From: Anolis carolinensis
Lineage: Eukaryota
Direction of reading: 5' to 3'
Assembly: GCF_035594765.1 (NCBI RefSeq)
Contig: NC_085842.1
Coordinates: 206,781,747 to 206,845,746, forward strand
DNA: 64,000 nt
This document shows positions 37,627 to 50,390 of the stretch, piece by piece. The notes beneath the pieces were generated by a model. It saw only the letters and a program-made list of their open reading frames with translations. It was not told the origin of the DNA and did no database searches. The number at the start of each line of letters is the position of its first letter. Position 1 is the stretch's first letter. The translations under genes were made by a program, and so were the position numbers.

Positions 37627-39244
37627 AACATTTAATCCCTCCAGGGGATAAGCATTCTTAACAGCATCTGGTAAGGTTTACAGCCTGAAGTGTACGGGTT
37701 GAGGGGCCAAGGTGAGTCTCTAACTGCAACCTGTGTCTTGCTTGGGCAGACCAAAGGCTCTGTTAGACCCACCATACGAAACCATTAAGCAGTGGCAAGG
37801 GAAGGAGGGAGGAAGTTGGGTCCCAAAGTTGGACTTCAGCCACATGTTAGAGGTTGTTTTGGAGGCAAGATTTTGATTGCATTTGGTCAGGACCAAATGC
37901 AATCTCCCTTTTGATGATATACAGGTACTACTGCTGTACATTACATTGAGATGGGAGTATTCTTTAGTTAGAAGCCAAATAGAAAGCCACAAGGAGGAAG
38001 AAAGAACTTCAGACAAAAATAAGGCTTCTTGGTACTTTGGTGCACAAATAGACTCTCAGTGGAGAGAGTACTATGCAGAAGAACTGAGTTCCCTCAAGGA
38101 AGGAGCAAGGATGGGAAAGAAAGAAAGGCAGACAGACAGAAGGAAGGAGAGGACAGATGATATGGGTGGGGAAGAGAGGTTGGAATCAACCTAGAACAAT
38201 AAACTATTGTGTATCCCCTATCTCTTAAGTGCCAGTCTCTCTCTTTCTCTCACTAACCACTTCTCACTTCATACATTTCTGACTAAGAGGGGCTGTTCAA
38301 AAGACAACAGAAAATCAGTGGACCAAGTTCTGAAGAGATAGCAGTACACAGCTAAAAAAGCCAGAAATACAGAAGAGACAAAAGCCCATAACTTGAAAAT
38401 AATAAATGAAAAAGAATGGGTTATTGTAATTCTTTCTCTTTTTTGTTGTTGCATAACTACATTGCATTACAATCGTAACTTAATGAAGAATACCTTTGCT
38501 GGGTTTTGCAATATAATTGTAACTGTTTTAGTTGCTCTTATAGCAATCAAGTATGTGGTCTCACTAGATGTGTTTTGTACAACAATTCAGGATGGCTTGA
38601 GACTCATAGACAAATTGAACTACGTTTTAAAAAATAGCATTCCCAGCTCTGGGAAGGATTAAACCTCTATGTCCATTTATCAATTTATATAAGCAAGTAC
38701 AACTTGCTTGCTGTAGTTGTGTTCACTTCCAGTTTCTTAAAAAATATTTTTGCTCAAAGAAAGATGGGAGGGAGTGAAATTAAAAACACATGTCATATTC
38801 CTTGATGGTAAATAGGGAGGGGGTGTGGGCCAGGGGATGTATAAAAGCCTAGGTGGCACACTGTGCTCTTATCTGGCTTAATATTACAAAGTGGGAGTCT
38901 CTGGCTGACATCCTCTACATCACTGCTTTCCTTTCCTTCTCTGGCATAGCTGCACGAAACTATGCAATTCAGAATCAGAAAACTAACTTGCTGAATTTGT
39001 CCTAAGGATTCTGCAAGCCCCAGGCTAAGCTGCAGCTTGTTCTTATTAATGCTAAATTACAATTTACTGTTCAACAAAAACATGCCAATCCTTCTCCAGT
39101 ACTGCAGCTAAATTCAGCCACTGGCCATCTTGCTGGAGACAATGGGAGTTATAGTTTAGAGTCCAGGTCAGTGAAGCCTATGTGAAAGTTTATATGGTTA
39201 AGAATATCACGCACAGAAATGATATTCAGCTTAGTCCTAATGCC

Positions 39245-40088
39245 AAAAATACAACTTAATGGTGTAACATTAGAAAAAGTTGACCATTTCTGCTACCTTG
39301 GCAGTCACCTCTCCACAAAAGTCAACACTGTCACTGAAACACAACACCATCTGAGCTCTGCAAGTGCAACATTTCTTTTTGAATAAAGCAAAGTGTTTGA
39401 GGGTCAGGACATTTGTAGGGGTACCAAAAAGCTTGTTTATAAAGCTATTGTCCTTCCAACCCTGTTATATGCCTCTGAAACATGGACTGCCTACAGACGT
39501 CACTCAACTTCTGAAACAATTCCATTAACGTTGCCTCTGAAAAATCCTGCAAATCTCTTGGGAAGACAGGCAGACAAATGACAGCATTCTGGAAGAAGCA
39601 GACTACTAGCACTGAAACGATGATCCTTCACCATCCACTTTGCTGGACTGGCCATGTTGTCCAAATGCCTGATCACCGTCTCCCAAAGCAGTTATTATAC
39701 TCTCAGCTCGAGAACAGAAAACAGAATGTTGGTGGACAGGAAAAGAGATGAAAAGATGGGCTTAAAGCTAACTTTAAAAACTGTGGCATAACTGAGAACT
39801 GGGAAGTTCTGGCCCTCCAGTGTTGTAACTGGAGGTCAGCTGTGACCAAGAGTGCTGTGGAATTCGAAGAGGCATGAATGGAGGGCAAAAGGAGAAAAGT
39901 GTCAAGAGGAAGGCGTGTCAAGCCAAATCTTGTTGGGATCACTTTCCATCTGGAAACAAATGTCCTTACTGCAAAAGAACATGCGGATCAAGAATAGGTC
40001 TCTACAGTCACGTATGGACCCACCGCCAAGACTCTACACTTGGAAGGCAATCATACTCAGCCACAAGAGGTAGCCTATGATGATGATG
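39245..40088 (+). mobile_element. RTE-clade LINE 3' part, degenerate
   Basis: LEKVDHFCYLGS; VYKAIVLPTLLYASETWT; C-terminal CPYCKRTCGSRIGLYSH; (ATG)n tail. Confidence 0.85.
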
Positions 40089-40541
40089 GCATTCATTCCA
40101 CACACATCTAGTTCAAACGTAACCTGCAATCCATCCCGGGAAGTTCACTGCTCCCCGCCATCCTATCCCAGTTCTCTGCAGTGATCTCACATGTTTCTGA
40201 AGACCAGCCATAATGTTACATGCTCTGTAAACCTGTCTGTTTATTTTTATACAATTCCATTTACAAGTAACAAAGTTTTCACTGGAGTTGGGAATTAGAT
40301 CACCAGAAACACAATGCCTTTCTAGCCACAGAGCCACTGAAAGGTTGCAAACAAATGGATCTGCAAATGTCATCATTTCCAGATGAGGGCCAAACCAGAA
40401 TTCCACACACATTCAAGGAAATAGAGACCTTCCCCCCCCCCCCCAAAAAAAAACCCAGTTGGCTGGATTGCTGCACCTTGGGGTGCAATGTTGGACTGTA
40501 TCACAAAGAGACGAAATAGATACATGAATGACCTGTGTTTG

Positions 40542-40621
40542 CTAGGCCTTTGTTGCTGCTGCTTGTGAAGCCCCTGCTGCTGTTAGCTGCTGAATCTTCT
40601 GGCTCATCATCTCCATTACGG
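40542..40621 (-). CDS. PFDN5: Prefoldin subunit 5, exon 6 (last)
   Basis: tttacAG|(A)VMEMMSQKIQQLTAAGASQAAATKA*; minus-strand AATAAA at 40240-40245. Confidence 0.94.
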
Positions 40622-40710
40622 CTGTAAACGAAGAGATAAAAAGAGGGTCAAGAATTGAGCTAGTTGGAACTGCTAAAGTCAGCTGGGAAACTGTCAGCTC
40701 CATGTCCTAC

Positions 40711-40816
40711 CTTGCTTCATTCCATGTTTCTCCTGTAGTGCTGGCTGGATCTTTTCGATCTGTTTGGTTAGGAAATCGATCTTCCTCTTGAAGAAGTCTC
40801 TGGCATCATCCACTGA
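40711..40816 (-). CDS. PFDN5: PFDN5 exon 5
   Basis: ttgcAG|[35 protein letters not shown]|GTagga. Confidence 0.95.
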
Positions 40817-41535
40817 CTGCAATAACAAAGTCACCATAACACCTCTGCATGTCAACAATCTGTCTTTCATTCTAATTCAAAAAATGCCAAGTTGGAAACT
40901 TGCATTACAAAGGTTCGTTCAATCAGACCTCCCTAACTGGATTCTCCCAATATTTTGAACCACAGCGCTCTCACAATCTCTGACCACTTGTGTGCTTGAT
41001 AACAAAGTATCTGTGGAGATTGACCATTCTGGCATGCCTCCTGTGCAGGGCAGCTATAACCCCAAGTTTTTTATATTCATAGTAGCATATATACCCAGTG
41101 TTGGATGAGTGTTGTAAGGGGCTAGTGCCTCTCCTTTCATCCCTCTCATCATGCCTTTTCCCCATTCCTTTCTCTTCCTTCCTTCCCCCCTTTTTCTCCC
41201 CACTCCCTCCCTTTCCTTCTGCTCCCCGTTATCCCTTCTCCAGTTCTGAGAAGGCCTACTGCACAACATCTTCATTGCAAAATGGCTCTCTTTGTGGCTC
41301 TTTCCTCCCTTCCTCCCTTCCCCTCATACACACTAGCAAGAGCTACTTCACTGCCTTCTTTCACTTGCCTAGAAACATCCAATCTAGTGACATCACAGAA
41401 GGCCAATCCTTCACCTAGCAACAGCTTTTGTGGTACAGACGGGTGGATGAACAAACTGACAGAGACCTGCATATGTGTGTGTATACTCTCTCTCACTGTG
41501 AATATATGGTTACTTTGCAGATTTTTTCCCTAGGG

Positions 41536-41670
41536 CAGTGGGTCTCAACCTGTTGGTCCCCAGATATTTTGGCCTTCAACTCCCAGTAATCCCAACAGCT
41601 GGTAAACTGGCTGGGATTTCTGGGAGTTGTAGGCCAAAACACCTGGGGACCCACAGGTTGAGAACCACTG
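41536..41670. mobile_element. Same hAT MITE family
   Basis: TSD CCCTAGGG/CCCTAGAG. Confidence 0.88.
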
Positions 41671-42615
41671 CCCTAGAGATATGTGAAATATAGCTACCTT
41701 GGTGAGACGTTTTTAAAATTAGCTAGACATTTTACTGGAAGTGGCACATCTAATTTTAAGATGCATTCCACCAAAGCCTTACTTTAAAATTTATTCTCTA
41801 TGAAGCCCACTTCATCTTGAATGCAAGTAGTATGGGTGCTAACAAAAAAATGGATGCACAGGAGGGACTAGTAGGATAAATCTGATGCAGCAAATGGGAA
41901 ACAAGAGGGGCTGTCTGAATAATAGTATCTTTACCAGAAGTCATTTCCCCAAATCTGATGTTTCTGCTGTTAGCTAAAGCACTGTACAGTCTCAAGAACT
42001 ATCTTCCTTCACAAACCAGATTATACCAGAGTCCATTATTGTCCTCTTATTCAAGGGCAAGTCCACACTTTGGACCATTTGCATCATGCTGAAGAATTCT
42101 AGAGATGCCTTGTTTACTTCAAGTACCTCTGAGTACAAACTTAAAGTGTTGATGTTTAGATCAGTTTTAACACAGAGTACATAGTATTACATAAGAAAAG
42201 ACAGACTTGGCTCAGGGGAAGTCTCAATCTATTGTTTACCAATGGATCAAAGTATCTGAAAAATTAATGCATTTTGACCAGTATAGAATGGGAGGGGAAA
42301 TGATGACTCCCCAGATTTTGCTGGATGGGACTGATATAAAACATCTGGAGGGGCCCAGATTTCTTACCTCTGCTCTTCACTTAAGACAATTTTGGCAGAC
42401 TACATAAAGTCACAAACCATGAACTGCCAGGATACAAAACAGTGATCTTCAAGCTGAGCTCACTGAACATTGTGAGGCTGAAAATGGTGGAGGCTCAAAC
42501 CTCAGCAGAACCCGCCCCCAAGGTTTCACATGAAGATCAAGTATGTGTTACTACTTATTTAGATTACGGCTATCATCAAACCAATTTACATAAATCAGAA
42601 ACATAAGTACCTTAC

Positions 42616-42690
42616 CTTTTCTACATAGTAACCCGTTCCTACATCGATTAAGACATTGCCAACATCTGAAAGTTTCCCGGGAACATACAT
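42616..42690 (-). CDS. PFDN5: PFDN5 exon 4
   Basis: [25 protein letters not shown]|GTaagg; preceded by U12 branch point TTCCTTAAC. Confidence 0.95.
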
Positions 42691-42840
42691 CTACAAGAAA
42701 AGTTAAGGAAGTGCACACAAGCCCGGGGGGAAAAACCAAAATGATAAAAGATGAATTCAATTTGCATTCCAGGACTAAAGGAGAAATATTGAGAAGAAGG
42801 GCATCGTGGAGAACCTCAGAATCATTTCACTTGGATAATC

Positions 42841-43123
42841 GAGCCCCCGGTGGCACAGTGGATTAAACCCTTGTGTTGGCAGAACTGATGACTTGAAGAT
42901 TGGGTTGCTGACCTGAAGGTTACCAGTTCAAATCCAACCCAGGGAAAGTGCAGATGAGCTCCCTCTATCAGCTCCAGCTCCATTTGGGGACACATGAGAG
43001 AATCCTCCCACAAGGATGGTAAAAACATCCGGGCATCCCCTTGGCAGCGTCCTTGCAGACAGCCAATTCTGTTACACCAGAAGTGACTTGCAGTTTCTCA
43101 AGTTGCTCCTGACATGGAAAAAA
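42841..43123 (+). mobile_element. Second tRNA-derived SINE family (also ~47590-47845 minus and ~53547-53806 minus)
   Basis: Sauria-like head with a different body/tail: cttgcagtttctcaag..gctcctgacatg(A)n. Confidence 0.8.
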
Positions 43124-43466
43124 CCTTGGATAATGTATAGAAATATGAAATAATGAATTATTATGATAGATGGAATCATTTTGTTAACTTCTATGGTATG
43201 TTTTGGGTAGCCTTCAGCTGTTTTAGCACTCCCATAATTCCCTCCCCAAATGCCAAATGATAATGGATTAGGGGAGCTAAATTTAAAAACCTCTGGAGAT
43301 CAAAAGATTTCTTACTATAGGATAACTTGACAAAAATGTCTTAAATAATAACAATACATCCTAAAACACCTGAGCGATTCTATATAATAATGTAACAGAT
43401 TTATGTCTGGCTGGATTATATTATGGGTTTTCAGAAGCCATCAATAGGTAGGTATACTCAATAAGG

Positions 43467-43586
43467 CAGTGGTTCTCAACCTGTGGGTCCCCAGATGTTT
43501 TGGCCTTCAACTCCCAGAAATCTTAACAGCTGGTAAACTGGCTGAGATTTCTGGGAGCTGTAGACCAAAACACCTGGGAACCACTG
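43467..43586. mobile_element. Same hAT MITE family (short deletion in right arm)
   Basis: CAGTGGTTCTCAACCT...GAACCACTG. Confidence 0.85.
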
Positions 43587-45567
43587 CAATAGAGGCTTTG
43601 AGAAATATAGTTATCCTAATATGAACAGTATCGCGGAAAAAACAATTAGAACTTATATCTCCAAATCATGGCTAAGATTTTGAAAGCAGGCAAGTGCAGA
43701 AAAAGAGGCAATTGAGTGCAATGTAGATCTCTGTTAATTGGCAAAATGTCTTTTTCCCACACCAATTCTCTTTCCCCCTTGATCCTAACAGGCCCGATAC
43801 ACATTTCAAAATTTTATTTTGGGATTTCCTGGGTCCGTTTCAAATAAATAAAGAAGTGACTGTAAGGCTATGTTTGGTTTCCTTTAAAAGGCTGAAATAG
43901 GATCGCCAACTGCATCTGTTGACTTTAAATGAACACGGCAGCCACCACTCCAGCTTCCTATGCATGCTTTGTTCTGTATATGCTCATGTGAAAAGTGTCT
44001 TTTTGGTCTCTGGGGAGCAGAAATAGTCCAAGATGCCCCACTAGTGGTTGTCTTTACCCTGCCCTGAAGCAAAGTGTTGCATTTCGCTGCTGCTAGGTTA
44101 CAGACCAGAAGACATAGTTCTCAATGCTAGTTAGCAATTTTGACTCCCAGCTACTTTGATTAGATCTTGCCTGTTTCCTGCTGGATTACTTGTAAACTCT
44201 TTGTTATGGAATTGATAATACTGCTCATTTTTTCTTAAAGCAGCTCTCAAATTATGTAATTCTAGTCCAACAGGAAGGTAAATAATGATGATGATGATGA
44301 TATTTATTTATACCCTGCTTTATCCCTTCCGAAGGGGACTCAAAGCAGCTTAACATAAAAGCATCAGCATAACAATGTAAAAATATACAAAGATACAAAC
44401 ATTAAAACAGGATTAAATATAAACAGTATTTTAAAATTCCCAGTTAAAAATCATTAAAACACATTCAAAGTTAGATTGTGAGAATTGAAAATGAAGTACT
44501 TTTTACAGAGGCAGACATGAGAAGGCTCTCTCTGATAGAGTTGTACTCAACTATTACAAGAAAAGAAGCCCAAGTGCAGTAAAATGGTTAGGATAACCCA
44601 TGCAAACACAAATTACTTAATGTTTCCTCAGCAGTAGTACAGAGTACTTTACCTTGCTCAGACATTGGCAACCCTGGGGAGATGCTGATTTAGTCTGCAC
44701 AGTGATGTCACTGTGAAGAGGTGTGACATCATTGTATGCAAAGGTCTGTGAACTCAAATAATCATTATGATATCTTGCAGTCCTTATGAGAGGCAAGTAG
44801 TTTCTAGGCGAAGAACAACTTCAGATACAGCTGGAGTTATATTTCTGGGGATCCTGGGGAAAATGCAGGTTTTATTTTCCTTTGGCTATGTTCTCAGACA
44901 ACTGACTGCTTATATGAAATTACTGGCATTAAAAAAAACTGGGTACTGTTTTATTCCAGAACTGAGGAACTGCTGCAAATAAATGACATGGGACATAAAA
45001 TTCCAGATTAACTGGGCGGGGGGTCTAATTCTGGACATTAGGCAACCAGTTACCTAAAGCAATATTTATCTTTACTGGAGGCTGAAAGACTCCCAGTGAC
45101 CACTTAGGAACCTGAAAAGAAAACTCCAGAGAGAAATGAGGGCTTTTGCTGATCTGATAGCCTTTCATTGGAGCACATGTACAGATGTCCACAGCTCAGG
45201 CTAGCTATCCAAAAAGACTGTTCCGAAATACAAACAAACATAAAAGAAAGCGGGGAAGGGGGCACAGTGGTTGCCATGGGATTTGGGAAATCCATATTTA
45301 GTTATGAAACTCCCTGGCTCACCTTGGCCCAAGACAATCTCTTTCAACCTGAGAGAAAATTAGATAAAGTGTACTTTAAGAGAAACCTCATTCACCACCT
45401 TGCAGTCATTATTGAAAAGGAAGAATATAAATGTAACTCATATATTACTGAATAAATAAACAGTAATATTCCCTGCAGATGAGCCCTGCTGTCAAGTTAC
45501 TGGGTGGAAATGCTGTTTTTTGAAGTGGAAGTTTTAATAGATTGCAGCATTTTCAGAAAAAGGATAC

Positions 45568-45599
45568 AGAGCTGGAGAGTGGAACCAGGAGCTCTTTAC
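45568..45599 (-). CDS. PFDN5: PFDN5 exon 3 (32-nt micro-exon)
   Basis: ttgtAG|(G)KELLVPLSSS|GTATCCTTT. Confidence 0.92.
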
Positions 45600-46797
45600 C
45601 TACAAAAGAAAAAACACAGTTATTTTGCACAAGAGGAACTTTCTAAAACTAGCCTAACTCCTGACTGAAATCTTTTTAAAAAGGTTTCAAGTGATGCTAA
45701 AGCTTAGTTCAGCATAATACACCAAGTACTTCTTATAACAAAATTTAAATGATGGGTCATGTGGACTATTTCTGAGTTCCTTCTAAACAACTTTGATGAG
45801 AGTGTGTATTCTATTCCTCTTTTGTGGAACAAAACTAAGGAGAGGAGAAAGAAGAACATAAGTATATGACTCCAACATCTTCCAATCACAGCTTCCTGAA
45901 TCTAGAGTTTATCATAACCCAAAACCAGGTGAACAGAAGTTCTTCCTCAGCCCCCATCATACAACTGAATTGTTTCAGTAGACCGCTGAAAGTCACAAGT
46001 AAGCCCAGAAATGTTTATGCATTTTTCATATATGCAATCACTGAACAGATGGAGTAGTTTCACTCAAAGATAGAGAAGCAAAATAATCAAGATAACAAGT
46101 GGAGTAGAGGACAAGCTCAAGCTTCACCTTTGTCTCAAAATTAGAGACTTCAGGCTGAAACCTATTAACCCCTCATGTGGGGGCAAGATCAATTAAATTA
46201 AATAGCATTTACTTCTGTGCAGACATGTGCAGTATAAATATTATTTTGCATCTCTCGAAATCACATTAGCTTGTACTGGTATTCGCATATTTAGTACTAT
46301 GCGCAGTCATCCAAGTGACATTATTCTGTATAAGGAAAGAAATGCACAGATTAGTAGAAGATGTTGGCCAGACCACAAAATTCATTACTCAAAAGAAAAA
46401 TCTAGGGAAAATCAAGTGCTGTTCTATCATCTATGCTTTAACCAGAACAATTCTGGATAACTGAATAATCTGAAACATAAAGTCCACCACTTTCAGAATT
46501 TTAAATCGTAGGATCTTGACATATTACTGCTTGTTAAATGACATGTTTTATATTGGATTGCTGTGAGTTTTTCAGGCTGTAGGGCCATGTTCTAGTAGCA
46601 TTCTCTCTAGCTGATTAGAAAGATGGTTAGAATTTACATCTGTCCTCACTCACTTTTTAAAAGGCACATCAATTGTTCCTATTACATCTACTTACTAAAA
46701 AGTGTGTCCATTGAATTCATTGATTCTTGCTGGCTTTACTTTCATAGCTCATTCTGAGGAGAATAGCATATATATTTGAACAACACACAGTACTTGC

Positions 46798-46900
46798 CTT
46801 CGTTGCTTTTATTCAAAACAGTCAAGCAGTCCTTTGCTTCCACATATTTTGTCTGTACCACTTTAAGTTGTGCAATGGATGAAGAAAGGAATTCCACTTC
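46798..46900 (-). CDS. PFDN5: PFDN5 exon 2
   Basis: ttctAG|[34 protein letters not shown](G)|GCaagt (GC donor). Confidence 0.93.
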
Positions 46901-48009
46901 CTAGAAAAAGGCATACAAAATTCAGACCCATCACCTCCAGAAGTCAACTTTATGTGAAGATGGTGTTCTGAAATACATTAACTTTGTTGCCACCAGTAGC
47001 ACTACACCATGAATATCTATACCACAGATGGGGAAATTGTGGTCCTTCCAAATGTTGCTGAACAGTATTTCTAAACAACAGGCATTGTGGAAAGCCACAT
47101 TCATGACCCCAGTCTAGAAGTACAGGACTGAAACAACGACTTCATTACAATAATTCCAAACAATCTGGCTAATGGTGATGGATGATGGGGGCTAGCAGTT
47201 TAATATCTGATCAAATTCCTAGAGTGGGAAGGATGTGGCCCTCTTACATGTTTTTGACCGCAATTTTCACCATCCTTGGTCCACCAATATCTGAAAACTA
47301 CAGATTCTCCAACCCTATTTGACATTGTGTTATGGAAGGGAAACGATTTTGTCATTTGTTTAACACTGGCGTATCTATCTAGTGTCTAGGTGTCAGAGGG
47401 GCCACTGCACCTTTCTTTCATCTCATCTTTCTCTTTTCCTTCTCTTCATACACATGTCAACTTTCTTTCCCAGTGACATGACAGAGGGACACTGCCTAGC
47501 AACAGCTTACCCTGTGGTATCAATAAGTCCGCTGGATTGTCATCTAGCAACAGCCTGGTACAGACTGGCAGTCATACTATGACTTTTAAAATATTTTTTA
47601 TTGTATCATGTCATAAGCAAATTAAGGCAAGTCGCTTCTGGTGTGAGACAATCGGCCATCTTCAAAGATGTTGCCCTGGGGACAGTCGGATGTGTTACCA
47701 TCCTGCAGGGGGCTTCTCTCATGTCCCTGCATGAAGCTAGGGCTGACAGATAGAAGCTCACCCCATCTCGCGGAGTCAAACTACCAACCTTTGGGTCAGC
47801 AGTTCAGCCGGCACAAGAGCTTAACCTACTGCGCCACCGCAGCTCCTATAACTTTAATATAAATAGATAAACTAGCAGGTATACCCACAGCTGCCTGGAT
47901 GTCAGAGGGGCTACTGCCCACCTACTTTCTTCCATCACCAGCTCGGACGGGCTACAGCACAATATCTCAATGGCAACACCCTTGTAATAGTGGGAAGTCT
48001 CTCTTTGTG

Positions 48010-48240
48010 ACTCTATCTTTCCTTCTCCTATTTCCCTAACACACCTTCTCTCTTCCTTTTCCCCTTACTTTCCCTCATACATTTTTCTTCCATTCTTTTT
48101 CTTCCCTTCTTTCTCTCTTCCCTTCCTTTATCCTTCCTTCATCCTTCCTCCCCCTTTTTCTTTCTTTTACCATTCCCTCCCTCCCTTCTCCTTTCCTTCC
48201 TTTCCCTTTTTCTATTTCTTTCCTTCCTTCATTTCCTTTA
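48010..48240. repeat. CT-rich low-complexity tract (similar tract at ~41130-41330)
   Basis: Almost purely pyrimidine on the + strand. Confidence 0.9.
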
Positions 48241-48320
48241 TACACATGTCATCTTTCTTACCTAATGACATCACAGAGGGCCACTTCATCAAGTAACAGC
48301 TATTGTGGTATAGACAAATA

Positions 48321-49530
48321 TAGAATCATAGAATCACAGAATAATCACGTGGGCCATCTTGTCCAACGCCCTGCTATGCAGGAAAAGCATAAAGTACCCT
48401 CACAATGGCTATCCAGTCTCTGTTTAAAAGCTTCCAAGGAACTTCTGAGGCAGAGAGTTCCACTGATGAATAGCTCTTACAGTCAGAAAGTTCTTCCTAA
48501 TGTTCATGTGGAATCTTCTTTCCTGTCATTTAAACTCACTGCTCAGAGTCCTAGTTTCCTTATGGCATCCTTTCACATATTTACACATGGCTATCATGTC
48601 TCTTCTCAACCTTCTCTCCTGCAGACTAAACATGCCCAGCTCTTTAATACACTATTCATAGGAATTCATGGTCTTCAGACCTTTAATCTTTTTAGTTCTC
48701 CTCTAGACACCTTCCAGCTTATCAATAGCTCTTTTGAACTGTGGTGCCCAAAGTTGGACACAGCATTCCAGGTGAGGTCTAACTAAAGCAAAATAGAGAG
48801 ACACCATGGCTTCCCCCAATCTATACACTATACTCCTTTGATGCAGCCCAAAATCCCATTGGCTTTTTAAACTGCTGTATCACACTGTTGGCTCATGTTC
48901 AACTTGTTGTCCACAAAGACTCCAAGGTCTTTCTCACATGTATTGTTGTCGAGCTAGGCATCACCCACCCATCTTTGCTTTTTATTTTTTTCTGCTTAAG
49001 TGCAGTATCTTACATTTGTCTTTGTTGAAATTAATTTTGTTAGTTTTTGCTCAGCTCTCATATCTGTTGAGGTCTTTTGGAATTCTGATCCTGTCCTCTT
49101 GAGTATTAGCTATCCTAATTTGGTGGCATCTCTAAACTTGATAAGCACTCCCTCTAAACCTTCATCCAAGTCATTAATAAAGACATTGAACAGAACTGGG
49201 CCCAGAACCGAACCCTGCAGCACTCCACTAGTCACTTCTTTCCAGGATGATGAGGAACCATTGGTGAGCACCCTTTGGGTTCGGTCGCTTAACCAATTAC
49301 AGATCCACCTAATAGTAGTATTGCCTAACCCAAATTTGAATAGTTTGATTGCAAGAAGGTCATGGGGAACCTTGTCAAAGTCGTGGCTGAAATCAAAATA
49401 TGCTATATCCACAGCATTCCCTGCATCTACCAAGCTTATAACTCTATTGTAAAAAAGAGATAAGATTAGTCTGGCATGACTTGTTTTTGAGAAATCTATG
49501 CTGACTTTTAGTAATCACAGCATTCCAACA
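48321..49530 (-). mobile_element. CR1 LINE, degenerate, includes RT motifs
   Basis: [39 protein letters not shown]; CR1 tail at ~48321-48340. Confidence 0.9.
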
Positions 49531-49577
49531 CTCAAACCAAGACACAATATTGGCGCCATTAAAACAAATAGCCTATA

Positions 49578-49898
49578 CAGTAGAGTCTCACTTATCCAAT
49601 CTTCTGGATTATCCAAGCCATTTTTGTAGTCAATGTTTTCAATATATTGTTGTATTTTGGTGCTAAATTCATAAACACAGTAATTACAATATAACATTAC
49701 TGCGTATTGAACTACTTTTTCTGTCAAATTTGTTGTATAACATGATGTTTTGGTGCTTAATTTGTAAAATCATAACCTAATTTGATGTTTAATATGCTTT
49801 TCCTTAATCCCTCCTTATTATCCAAGATATTCGCTTTTATTTCGATATTATCCAAGCTTCTGCCGGCCCATTTAGCTTGGTTAAGTGAGACTCTACTG
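49578..49898. mobile_element. Tc1/mariner MITE, uninterrupted copy
   Basis: TA|CAGTAGAGTCTCACTTA...TAAGTGAGACTCTACTG|TA. Confidence 0.9.
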
Positions 49899-50318
49899 TA
49901 TATATGGTCTGAAAGATATCCATCCTTGAGACTATAACCTTCCCCTGGAGATCCTAACTGGCGAGGAGGCCTCATTGTGTCCTGGTAAGGTGACACAGTG
50001 GGCCTGCCCTTAATCCCGCATCCTGATCCTGGGGGGGGGGGGGTATCTACACTGCAAAATTAATGCACTTTTGACACCACTTTAGCTGCTTCATGGCTCA
50101 GTGGCTATGAAATCCTAACAACTGCGGTTCAGTGAAGCACCACCCTCTTTGGCAGGCCGGGTAAAACGACAACTCCCATTATTCCATAGCACAGAGACCT
50201 GGAAGTTAATGAACCACTTTCATTCCACAATGCAGATACACTCTAGGGAGACCTGTCCAGAAGGAGACCAGGGCCTCGGTGGGCAGTCCCCTGTTTCCCC
50301 CGCTTTCCGCTTCCTCAC

Positions 50319-50390
50319 CTGGTCCAGCTGGTTCTTCAGCACTTCCAGCTGCGGCAGGGACAGCTCCGAAATGTTCACCTGCTGCGCCAT
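50319..50390 (-). CDS. PFDN5: PFDN5 exon 1
   Basis: MAQQVNISELSLPQLEVLKNQLDQ|GTgagg; the six exons sum to 468 nt = 155 aa + stop. Confidence 0.95.

Larger units (their letters stand above)
42691..45567 (-). other. PFDN5: U12-type (minor spliceosome) GT-AG intron, PFDN5 intron 3
   Basis: 5' splice site GTATCCTTT and branch point TTCCTTAAC (42702-42710), 11 nt from the 3' end of the intron. Confidence 0.93.
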
